A stretch of 64,000 nt of DNA from a virus (taxonomy: Duplodnaviria > Caudoviricetes), in the IMG/VR virus record IMGVR_UViG_3300047625_000012, positions 183 to 64,182 of that record; one strand, written 5' to 3'. The notes beneath the pieces are model-generated. The model saw only the letters and a list, made by a program, of their open reading frames with translations, had not been told where the DNA came from and did not search any database. Both the position numbers and the translations under genes were made by a program. This document shows, in pieces, positions 36,543 through 44,841 of this stretch (position 1 is its first letter; every line of letters begins with the position of its first letter).

Positions 36543-36830
36543 TCAATTGTGGAATTCCGCGAAAGACACGACGCCGCTCGCACCGCACGCCTGCGCGTAC
36601 ACCGCGTCCTGTGTCGGAAGATCGTAGTTGACGCCGCCGTTATTGGTCCCGAACGGAGAGTATCCGGACGGTGCTCCTAACGCGGTGTCCGCAATATAGA
36701 TCGGTACACTGCTCGCGATTGTCAGCTTCGTCCGGGTCGCCAACGCGGGACGGATCTGCACAGCTGCGCCCGAGGTCACCGCTACCTGTCCGGTGGCAAG
36801 CGTAGTAGCTGTGTCATTGATCGTTGCCAT
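36543..36830 (-). CDS. Small structural protein
   Basis: GAGG RBS; beta-rich; follows capsid gene. Confidence 0.65.
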   Translation of the reverse strand: MATINDTATTLATGQVAVTSGAAVQIRPALATRTKLTIASSVPIYIADTALGAPSGYSPFGTNNGGVNYDLPTQDAVYAQACGASGVVSFAEFHN

Positions 36831-36851
36831 ACGCTATGCCGCCTCAGAAGA

Positions 36852-36928
36852 AGCGCCCCGCGCAATCCGTGGCTTCCTGACGGGAGGACGAATCTCCGCC
36901 AGGTGGTACACGCGTGAAGCGGGGCGCT
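36852..36928 (-). other. Structured intergenic element after the capsid gene (attenuator or processing site)
   Basis: AGCGCCCCGC / GCGGGGCGCT 10-bp inverted repeat enclosing 57 nt, followed on - strand by TCTTCT. Confidence 0.5.
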
Positions 36929-36951
36929 CCATACTGATAGCCCTTGCGGGG

Positions 36952-37872
36952 TTACAGGCCCGGAGTACCGTACAGACAGCGGGGGTCGGTGAAGGAGGGG
37001 ATATACCGCTCCGTCGCCTTGTACCGCATGCTGTCGGTCTCGAAGTCTCCCTCCATGCTCTTTTCCAGCGTCCGGCGCATGGCCAGCTTGAGCCCCTGAC
37101 GCACATCGGTCTGGATAAACCATGCCGTCTGTGAGGTAAGGCGCGCGATGTTAGCCTGACCCTTGGGCAGCAGCCCCAGGGACTTGATCGGGTTTACATC
37201 GTTGTTCGCGGTTCCCGCACGCAACACGCTCTTGAGGAGCACTTCGCCCTGCATGACGTTGGACGGGGAAGTGACCAGCTGCAACGGAGTCAGGCGGATG
37301 CGCTTGCCGTTGTTGTCCACCGCATTGCGGACCTGAATGAGCATCTGCTCCAGGGAGGTCTGCGAGAGCGCGGCCGCGGTCGTCAGCTGGTTCGAGAACG
37401 AACCGGCCGGGGGGGCCAGCGGATGGTTGGTCGCAATCAGTGCGACACCGTCACCGCCGGGGAAGGACGCATTGAACGCGTTGTTGATGACGTTCGCGCA
37501 CAGCGTCTCTTTCGTCTCCACCAGCGACTGCGCCAGATGTTCGGCGTAGATGGTGCCGATCTTGATGTGGTCACCGTCCTCGACCAGTACTTTGGTCAAC
37601 GCAAAAGCCAACCCGAAGACGGCGTACAGGTAGCGTTGGATGAACAGCACGCCTCCTGACTGGTAGGTAACCGGGGTGCCGTCAGGCAGTGCGGGAGCCG
37701 CACCCATCCCGAAGAGCACCGGCTCCTCGTGGTAGTTGCGCGGGGTGCCGCGGAACTCGCGGAATATCATCTTCCACTCATCGGCGCGTTGATCGTAGAT
37801 ACCATCGAAGGTTTCGTTGAGGATCGGCTCAACGACTGAGCGGAAGTCTGTACTCCGCATTGGAAGTGCCAT
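36952..37872 (-). CDS. Major capsid protein (HK97 fold, Bcep22/Mu-gpT-like)
   Basis: 306 aa; EE....G.AP..P.G....Y, GDGVAL....HP, NDVNP, AWF, GDFET..RYKATERY...DPR..YG.PG; AGGAG RBS. Confidence 0.9.
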   Translation of the reverse strand: MALPMRSTDFRSVVEPILNETFDGIYDQRADEWKMIFREFRGTPRNYHEEPVLFGMGAAPALPDGTPVTYQSGGVLFIQRYLYAVFGLAFALTKVLVEDGDHIKIGTIYAEHLAQSLVETKETLCANVINNAFNASFPGGDGVALIATNHPLAPPAGSFSNQLTTAAALSQTSLEQMLIQVRNAVDNNGKRIRLTPLQLVTSPSNVMQGEVLLKSVLRAGTANNDVNPIKSLGLLPKGQANIARLTSQTAWFIQTDVRQGLKLAMRRTLEKSMEGDFETDSMRYKATERYIPSFTDPRCLYGTPGL

Positions 37873-37909
37873 GGTGTTATCTCCTGTGGCTTAAGATTGC
37901 GGAGTTTGG

Positions 37910-38584
37910 TTAGTACGCTACGCCCGGCAGCGGCAGATCCTGGTGTAGAGCGATCTCAACAACCACCTGCGTGAACGCGTCTGCCGGGTTGTTGTCGATG
38001 CGCTGCGAGAACCCTACGATGCGCAACTGGTTCAAGAAGGTTGGGTTTGTCGTGCCGGGGTTCGTGAAGTTACCCGCAGTCGCAATATCGAGTCCGACTG
38101 TAGAGAATCCCGTAGTCGCGTTGCCGTTGGCCGAGCCGTTGGCGGTGAAAGATGCCAACGTACCCATATAGGTAGCCGGTACCGACCCGTTGGCCTGGAT
38201 CTCATAACGAATACGTGGGTCACGGGTGATCCACGCAACCGTCTGGCTACCCGCGAACGGCACCGTACCCGCAGGCCAGAAGGGGGACACCGTGCGTCGA
38301 CCGGTCGCGAGCGTGAATTCAACGCCTTGGAATGCCCCCAACAGCTTGTTGGCCAGGGTAGGCGTAGCCACTGATGGACCCTGCGCCGCTGCCAACACAA
38401 TGTTGGAGGACGGCGTAGCCGAATCAATTGCGATCGGCGAGCCCAGGAAAATATTGTTGGCGTAGCCGCTGGCGATGGTATAGCCGCCAAGAGGCTGACC
38501 ACCACCGGAGCCGAACGCAGGCCGGACTATGCCGGATTCATGAGCAGTAGGAATCAGCCCATACGGATTGTATGCAAGTGACAC
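37910..38584 (-). CDS. Capsid cement/decoration protein
   Basis: PYGL.P...IASGY..NIF.G.P, G.F.GVE, DP...YEIQA; directly upstream of MCP. Confidence 0.7.
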   Translation of the reverse strand: MSLAYNPYGLIPTAHESGIVRPAFGSGGGQPLGGYTIASGYANNIFLGSPIAIDSATPSSNIVLAAAQGPSVATPTLANKLLGAFQGVEFTLATGRRTVSPFWPAGTVPFAGSQTVAWITRDPRIRYEIQANGSVPATYMGTLASFTANGSANGNATTGFSTVGLDIATAGNFTNPGTTNPTFLNQLRIVGFSQRIDNNPADAFTQVVVEIALHQDLPLPGVAY

Positions 38585-38617
38585 GGTGGGAGCCTCACAG
38601 ATGAGATAGTCATCCGC

Positions 38618-39193
38618 TCAGCCCTCTTCTTCTGTTTCGCAGAAGTTGGGGGCCTCACGGGCCTGTCCCAGCTCCTCAGTGCCTGAATCAACCACCGGCG
38701 CACGCATCTTGCCGCCACGTTTCGCAGCCTGTGCTGCGGTCTCCCCTGCCTGAAGCGCCTCGTTGTAGATAGCTTCTTCGTTACGGGCAGGCTCGTTGTG
38801 GTGCAGCTCCTCCATGAACAGCTGATAGGTACTCAACGGAATTTTCATTCCGACCATTTCACGCCACGTGATGATACCGGGGTAATCCGCCGACTTCTGA
38901 TCCGTGTAGGTGAACTCGGGCGCTTCAGCGCGCTCGATGAAGGTGTACCCCAACTGCTCACGCCCCTGCGGCGTGTCGGAGGGATGCGTCGTGGATACCC
39001 AGCACACATGATAGCCGGGAATCCGCGGCAGGTTAGGCAAAGAGGACTGGAAATTCGCACGTTTCAACAATTCAACGCGCTCGCCGTCAGTCAACTGCCT
39101 ACGCTGCGTAATCGCACGATCAGTCATCGCGCGATCTTCGCGGTTAGCCGCATCCTTCCGTACTTGCTTTATCGATCGTCTTGGGTTTGCCAT
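38618..39193 (-). CDS. Conserved head-module protein
   Basis: LP..P.IPGYH.CW.ST...R..LGY..MKIP. Confidence 0.7.
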   Translation of the reverse strand: MANPRRSIKQVRKDAANREDRAMTDRAITQRRQLTDGERVELLKRANFQSSLPNLPRIPGYHVCWVSTTHPSDTPQGREQLGYTFIERAEAPEFTYTDQKSADYPGIITWREMVGMKIPLSTYQLFMEELHHNEPARNEEAIYNEALQAGETAAQAAKRGGKMRAPVVDSGTEELGQAREAPNFCETEEEG

Positions 39194-39208
39194 GATAGTG
39201 GTGTCTCG

Positions 39209-40270
39209 TTACCTCGGACGCCTACTGGCTTCCCGGTCGTACCGCTGGTACGACTCCAAATACTTTTGTCGCAACTTTGGATCGTCCCACACGCCCGCCT
39301 CAATCATGGCGGCTTTGCGATCCTCGTCGATATACACCTCGCCCTTGCCCAGGGTGCGCTCCCGACCGCCTACCTTGATGGTAGGGCCTGTCGCACGGCG
39401 GGGGGTGTTTCCGTTACCGTTCGTACGGCCATTGCCGTTCGCGCGACGTTGAGTGCGTGGTTCGCCCTCATCGTCATCCGCATCGCGTCCCCCGTAACGC
39501 TCCGGAAGGCGGTGCGACAGGCGGCGATCCAGCTCATCCCAGTACGCATCACTTTTCGGGTCGAGACGCCCCTCATTGAACAACCTGCGCTCGATAGCGC
39601 CCGCGATGACCGAATCCTCGTCTCCGCTTTGCGGGTTGAACCAAGAGTTTTCGCGCTGCCACACGGACGCACGAGCTTGGATACCGGGGTCTGTTGTCGG
39701 GGGTTGATTCGCGGCGGTCTGGCGCTGCTGCGCGGCCCGTTGTGTCTGCTGCTTGAGCCCCCTGAGGTTGTTGAGTCCCGCACTCAGGCTGTCGCGGACC
39801 CGCAGGGCTTCGATTTCAGAATCGGGGTCATTCTTGCGTCGCGCCTCGACGTAAAGCGTCTCAGCTTCCCGGAGGTTGGCTTCCGCCTGACTGATACGGC
39901 TGTCGATCGCGAGGACATCGTTCTGAGTTTGACGGTTCTCGATCGATGCAAGCTGTTGGGAACGCTCACGCTCCAACTGCTCATTGCGGGCGCGAAGAAA
40001 ACCCAGCTCCCGCTGACTCTCCTCATACGCTGCGCGCTTACGACGGCGGCGTTTCTGCTCCCGGCTTAAATGGCCTTCCCCTTCCGGCTCCTCCTCGCCG
40101 TGCCCGGTACGCTCATCGCCGGCTTGCTGTTCCCTGCCTTCCCCTTCTTCCTCGTAGGTATACCCGTCCCCCTCCGCGGAGGTGTCGGCGGCGCCCTGCG
40201 TATCCTCGTCGGCGCCGGGGCCTACGGGAGTGATCTCGTCTTTGTCGTTTTTGGTGTCTTTATCAGCCAT
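39209..40270 (-). CDS. Capsid scaffolding protein
   Basis: Acidic N-terminus, coiled coil, W...N.WF, YW.ELD.R; position upstream of MCP. Confidence 0.7.
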   Translation of the reverse strand: MADKDTKNDKDEITPVGPGADEDTQGAADTSAEGDGYTYEEEGEGREQQAGDERTGHGEEEPEGEGHLSREQKRRRRKRAAYEESQRELGFLRARNEQLERERSQQLASIENRQTQNDVLAIDSRISQAEANLREAETLYVEARRKNDPDSEIEALRVRDSLSAGLNNLRGLKQQTQRAAQQRQTAANQPPTTDPGIQARASVWQRENSWFNPQSGDEDSVIAGAIERRLFNEGRLDPKSDAYWDELDRRLSHRLPERYGGRDADDDEGEPRTQRRANGNGRTNGNGNTPRRATGPTIKVGGRERTLGKGEVYIDEDRKAAMIEAGVWDDPKLRQKYLESYQRYDREASRRPR

Positions 40271-40334
40271 CTTTTAGTTGGAGACGGGACGCCTCACGGC
40301 GATCCGCTCCACCTCTCTGTCGTCCTCAGATAGG

Positions 40335-40865
40335 TTAAATGTAAGCTACCACGCTCAAAACCCGGTCCTCGGGGATACGCCCCTTCATGACAAGATCATC
40401 AAACAGAACAAACAACGCCTTGCCGTCCTCGCTGCCCGGCACATCCACCCACCACCGATCACCGCCGTATTTGGGCACCCGCACGTAATCCCCAACCTTG
40501 CACCAGGCGCCTTCCGGCCACGGCTTCAACGTCTCACGGTTGCAAAACGCCACCGGCCCCAGAGCGATCACCTTGGCAACCTGCATGTTCCACAGGTCGG
40601 TTTCGCGCGACTCCTCCGGGAGGTAGATACCGCCCTTGGTCCGCATCCGCGGCGTGCGGATCTGCACGAGGACATCAGTACCGAACGGAATCAGGTCAGG
40701 ATCAGCGACCGGAAACGCCTGCTCCAGCGTGTCGTAGGCGATGGATGACTTCGCGAACTTCGCAACGGCGAGGTGGTCCAGGTTTTCGAGGGGAACCTCC
40801 CGGCTCACCCGCCCCGTAAACTCGGACTTCTTCTCACGTCTTGCTGCGGTTTCGTCCCGGCTCAT
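40335..40865 (-). CDS. groES: Phage co-chaperonin GroES (Cpn10)-like
   Basis: P.G..VLVQ...RTKGGIYLP...AKVIALGP...WCKVGDYV..PKYGG. Confidence 0.85.
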   Translation of the reverse strand: MSRDETAARREKKSEFTGRVSREVPLENLDHLAVAKFAKSSIAYDTLEQAFPVADPDLIPFGTDVLVQIRTPRMRTKGGIYLPEESRETDLWNMQVAKVIALGPVAFCNRETLKPWPEGAWCKVGDYVRVPKYGGDRWWVDVPGSEDGKALFVLFDDLVMKGRIPEDRVLSVVAYI

Positions 40866-41049
40866 CCTCGTCCTCACGCACAGTCAACACTCTGTTCAGC
40901 GTTTCCTCAGCGAGCCTCAACCCTTCCAACCGACCTACGGCTACGCCCAATGCGTAGGCGGTCTTGTCGGGAGGGTTGGTCAGGCTGTCCACAGCTACTT
41001 TGCTGTGCAGCTCCTGCAGCTCACCGATATACCGATCTAAAACGGACAC
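40834..41049 (-). CDS. Small conserved head-module protein
   Basis: Y...VG...GL..A pattern that usually precedes phage GroES. Confidence 0.6.
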   Translation of the reverse strand: MSVLDRYIGELQELHSKVAVDSLTNPPDKTAYALGVAVGRLEGLRLAEETLNRVLTVREDEDEPGRNRSKT

Positions 41050-41081
41050 GACGTTAGTGCTTTGGCGGAAAAAGTCAAGCT

Positions 41082-41447
41082 CTAGAGCCGGTTACGCGTC
41101 CCGCCCGTCCCTTTGCCGCCGCTCCCCTCGTGGGACGCTGCGCCTTCTGCGACGTGCTCCGTGTGGGTATGCATGGTGTGTTCCGGGGTATTTTTCCCTT
41201 CATGAACAAGGGTATGCACACCGTGGCCGCTGTGCCCGCTGTGGCCCGCGCCGGGGTCGGTGTGGTGCTCGTGCGGCCCCTTGTGCCCGTGGGTCCCGTG
41301 TCCGTGGTGCTGCCCGTGGTGGTGCTTCATCGACGTGTGACCTCCGCTGGAATGATGCACCGAGCCGCCCTTCGCGTAGCCTTCCACGTGCCCGGTCTGC
41401 GCCAGCTGCTGGTGCTTGTTGACCGGGCCGCCGTATTTTTCCGCCAT
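41082..41447 (-). CDS. His-rich small protein with YAKGG motif
   Basis: KHHHGQHHGHGTHGHKGPHEHH; GAGG RBS. Confidence 0.65.
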   Translation of the reverse strand: MAEKYGGPVNKHQQLAQTGHVEGYAKGGSVHHSSGGHTSMKHHHGQHHGHGTHGHKGPHEHHTDPGAGHSGHSGHGVHTLVHEGKNTPEHTMHTHTEHVAEGAASHEGSGGKGTGGTRNRL

Positions 41448-41507
41448 GATGACGACCTCGTGCGAGATGTATGCGCGCCTGAGCCTAGCTGTTTCAATTC
41501 TGGAAAG

Positions 41508-41708
41508 CTACTTCTGCTGGACGACGTGCCGAAGTGCCCACATTCCCGCTTGCTCCATGTTGGTAATAGCGAGCGACAACTCCCGGCTTTTGCCAATACG
41601 GTTGCACAGGTTGACGAAGTCTGTTTCCAACCCCTGGAACTCCGTGAGCAACATCTGCTGCTCACGCGACATCACCTTGTCAGCGTTGCTGGCGGGTTCG
41701 TCCGTCAT
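41508..41708 (-). CDS. Acb2/Tad1-like helical-hairpin protein (candidate immune-signal sponge)
   Basis: SRELSLAITNMEQAGMWALR matches the R-x-x-s-lA.T.lEeA.MW hairpin signature; ATGA overlap. Confidence 0.6.
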   Translation of the reverse strand: MTDEPASNADKVMSREQQMLLTEFQGLETDFVNLCNRIGKSRELSLAITNMEQAGMWALRHVVQQK

Positions 41709-42016
41709 AACACTGACTTGACCCGGGCCGCGACCCGCTCTGCCCATGCAACAAACTTGCTGTGCCCCGCCGCCCGGCTGAACTCAGTAAGTGTATGCAC
41801 CACACTCTCCAGTTCCGTGAGTCGCGCTTCGAGTAGATTCAACGTCTCCTCGGGCGCAACAAACAGAGGTGCCGGGTGCGTGACGGTGTCCTGCGCGAGC
41901 GCCGCATCCGCAGACTGCGCGGATGCCACAGAAGCGTCCTTGGGCGGCACGTTCGGATAGGACACTGCGGTAAAACGCGCCGCGCCTGCCGGTTCGGTCT
42001 GAGTCGCATCAGTCAT
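41705..42016 (-). CDS. Hypothetical protein
   Basis: GGAG RBS before ATG42016. Confidence 0.6.
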   Translation of the reverse strand: MTDATQTEPAGAARFTAVSYPNVPPKDASVASAQSADAALAQDTVTHPAPLFVAPEETLNLLEARLTELESVVHTLTEFSRAAGHSKFVAWAERVAARVKSVL

Positions 42017-42063
42017 ATTCAACTCCAGATAATAGGTTGGTGGGGTCAGAAAATACCGGGACA

Positions 42064-44655
42064 TCACGCACCTGAGCCGCCTGTTTCGTGTCCGCCGATA
42101 CCGGTACCCGTAGACAGGTCAGTCGAGTGTCCCGTCTCGATCTTGGCGGCTGCGATCTCCAGTGCGGTGGTGTTGTCGGCCTGATTGATTTTCTCGTGAG
42201 AGGCAATCTCTGCCTGCGTGTTCTGCGCCTCGCCCTGCTGCTCAACAACTGTCTGCTGCAGTTTCGCCTGATTCTCCGCAGCCTGCGACTGCTGATCCTG
42301 CTGACCCTTGGACTGCTGCAGCTGTTGCTTGCCCTGGTTGTTGGCGTTGGCAACCGCAATCGCGGTCTGTCCCGGGTCCATCGGAGGCGGCGGCATGAAC
42401 TTCTGCAGCACAGCCTGTGCCTGCTGGATCGCAGGGGGGATCTTGGCCAACACCTGTTTTGACGCGTCCATGACGTGATGCGAGATTTCCGCCAGCGTGT
42501 GGTCCATCTCTTTCTGCGTCTTGGGGTCTTTGTACTGGGTCAGCTCGCCTAAGTCTACCGGCTTACCCGCAACCGCCTCCAGCGCTTTCGAGCCCGTCTC
42601 AACAACTTGTGACAGGTACCAGTATGCAATATGCTCCACGAGGTGTTGCAGACACGCGGGAATGAATTTCGGCGCAATGATCGAGAGCATCCCGAAGAAC
42701 GGGCTCATCATGTAATCAAGATGCACCTGGATGTGCGCAAGCTGGTCCTGCTCGGGGAATGCACCCACCGGCCGCCCCAGGGTCATCGCGACATTCTCGT
42801 TGACGGCATTCAACTCCTGCATCTGCTGCTGCGGTTTCAGGAGGTCTACCGCGTTGGGGATCTTGGTCCGCTCTAGGATCAGCTCTTCTACCTTGCGAGC
42901 GTCGTACAGCTCCGGGTGCAGGTCGGCACGTTGTTGGATAATCTGCAGTTGCGCAAAACGCTGTACGTCGCTGAAGACTTGCGGATCAGAGACAGGGACC
43001 ACGTCGACCGGTCCTTCATAATCCGACCGGTAGGCGAGCATTTCGCCCGTATCATCAAAAATTTCCTCATCCGTGATGTACATCCGGTTGATGCGGTGGA
43101 GGATACCGATCAACCGATCCATCGCCGCGTGCAGCCGTTGGTGGATCGCCGACAGGACTTTCATGCCCTGCTCGATCAACGCGAGCGTCGTGCCCACCGG
43201 CATGTTGGGAGAGCCGTCCTCCGACAGGTTCTCAAACGTGGTGCGGATGAGCGCTTCACCCTGCTCGGTGCACCACCCCAACAGCTGATACAACATCGTG
43301 GACGGCGGGTTGAACGGTACGGCCATCAGGATCTTGCGGATGTCCTGATCCCCGATCGCAGCGCCTTCGATCTCCGTGACCCCGCACACGTTGAGATTGA
43401 GCGTTTCGCCGTTACCTCCGCCCCCTTTCAGGCGCAGCAGCGTCGGCAGATTCTGGATCATGGAGGTATCCAGGAGCCCGCGCAGGCTCCCGGTAGCCGC
43501 TCCGGCCAGCGAACCGGCATAGTGGAGCAGGCCCACGGACTGCGCGCCGCGCCACGGCAGGCACTCGAAGTCCACGAGCCAGCACATGTTCTCGCACTGG
43601 GGGTCGTCCTCTTCCCAGTTGCGCACCACGCGTAAACACTCACGCGAGACCGGATCGATGTCGACGAGATAGGGTTTCGGCCCCTCGCGCATCGCGACCG
43701 CCTCGGGGTCTGAATTGCGCCGGTCACCTGCCACCCGCAGCTGATCCGTGTCCTCAAGCTCCGCCAGCACCTCGCACACCAGGATGCGGCGCAAGCCGTC
43801 TTTGTTGTCGGCGGTGATGCTGCTCTTGCCTTCGACTTTGTCCGTCGCCTTTTCTGCCCGCGTTTTCTCCGGCATCTGCGCCGGGGCCATGAGCGGCACC
43901 TTGACGTAGTAATCCTGCCGGATGCGGGATTCCAACTCGTGCTGGGTAATCGTATCCACCAGGGTGCGCCGCTCAGCCGAATAGAAATCGCTCGCCGCTT
44001 CGGGTATCAACACCTGATCGATCGGCCAGAATGTCGGGACGGGCCGCTTCTTATCCGAGTCGTACACGAGGCGCATGTACTGCGAGCCGGCGGGCAGCTG
44101 CTGCGAGAGCAGCTTCTCCAGCTGCGAGCGGAATTCCGGCATCTGCTTCCGGAACTGCCAGTTCATGTGCGCGGTCTTGCGGTCCGCCTTCTGCAACCGG
44201 TCCGGGGTCTGTTTGCCCGGTATCCATGACTTCGTAGGGCCGTTGGGCGGCATCAGCTCGCCGATCGTGTGTGACTGGTAATACACGATCGCTTTGGACA
44301 TCATCGGGTGAGTCACTTTCGAACCTGCATCAAACGCAGGCGCGCTGACGCTTTCCCCCGCAAGCCCGGTGCGTTTGATTCCTTCCTCGTACTGTTTGTC
44401 CCGGTCCGCGCGCGACTGCTTGTCGTACTCAATGCGTTCCAACAGCTCCGTGGTGAATCCCTGCAGCTGGGTAGAGTCCAGCTCGGGGACCAGGTTGCGG
44501 TAGAACTCCGTCTCATCCGCAGGAGGCTTGTCGTCGCCTTCGTCTTCCGTCTTGACGATCGCACCGCCGTCGTCGGTGTCGGTCACTCCGGGGGAGGATT
44601 CGTTGGGCTCCCCATCCGAGGGGTAGGAGCTGTTCTCTCCGTCGTCAAGTGCCAT
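42064..44655 (-). CDS. Portal protein (P22/Bcep22-like)
   Basis: 863 aa; V.HP......Q....EL.P..GP.K, LR.LLD....NLP, PVGTTLALIEQG.KV.SAIH.RLH, Q-rich barrel tail. Confidence 0.9.
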   Translation of the reverse strand: MALDDGENSSYPSDGEPNESSPGVTDTDDGGAIVKTEDEGDDKPPADETEFYRNLVPELDSTQLQGFTTELLERIEYDKQSRADRDKQYEEGIKRTGLAGESVSAPAFDAGSKVTHPMMSKAIVYYQSHTIGELMPPNGPTKSWIPGKQTPDRLQKADRKTAHMNWQFRKQMPEFRSQLEKLLSQQLPAGSQYMRLVYDSDKKRPVPTFWPIDQVLIPEAASDFYSAERRTLVDTITQHELESRIRQDYYVKVPLMAPAQMPEKTRAEKATDKVEGKSSITADNKDGLRRILVCEVLAELEDTDQLRVAGDRRNSDPEAVAMREGPKPYLVDIDPVSRECLRVVRNWEEDDPQCENMCWLVDFECLPWRGAQSVGLLHYAGSLAGAATGSLRGLLDTSMIQNLPTLLRLKGGGGNGETLNLNVCGVTEIEGAAIGDQDIRKILMAVPFNPPSTMLYQLLGWCTEQGEALIRTTFENLSEDGSPNMPVGTTLALIEQGMKVLSAIHQRLHAAMDRLIGILHRINRMYITDEEIFDDTGEMLAYRSDYEGPVDVVPVSDPQVFSDVQRFAQLQIIQQRADLHPELYDARKVEELILERTKIPNAVDLLKPQQQMQELNAVNENVAMTLGRPVGAFPEQDQLAHIQVHLDYMMSPFFGMLSIIAPKFIPACLQHLVEHIAYWYLSQVVETGSKALEAVAGKPVDLGELTQYKDPKTQKEMDHTLAEISHHVMDASKQVLAKIPPAIQQAQAVLQKFMPPPPMDPGQTAIAVANANNQGKQQLQQSKGQQDQQSQAAENQAKLQQTVVEQQGEAQNTQAEIASHEKINQADNTTALEIAAAKIETGHSTDLSTGTGIGGHETGGSGA

Positions 44656-44690
44656 CAGCGACGCCTCCCGGCGATGCGATCAACCAAAAT

Positions 44691-44840
44691 TCAAGGTTCG
44701 ATGGGGTCGGTAGGATGTTCGTACGTTCGCGACGTAGGCCAACCCCGGATGTGCGTTACATAGAGACGGTCTCTTTCGAAGTCAACCTCAGTCTCAACGC
44801 CCTGACGCGCCAAGTACTCTTTCATTTCTTGAACCGTCAT
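44691..44840 (-). CDS. 49-aa hypothetical protein
   Basis: MTVQEMKEYLARQGVETEVDFER...; fills the TerL-portal gap. Confidence 0.45.
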   Translation of the reverse strand: MTVQEMKEYLARQGVETEVDFERDRLYVTHIRGWPTSRTYEHPTDPIEP

Positions 44841-44841
44841 T

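Noticed and set aside
38798-40069. Long antisense or alternate-frame ORFs (for example 38798-40069 +, 16485-17543 +, 20363-21532 -, 7019-8050 -, 4892-5971 -)
   Set aside because: They overlap well-supported genes, have no recognisable motifs, and are expected shadows of high-GC codon bias
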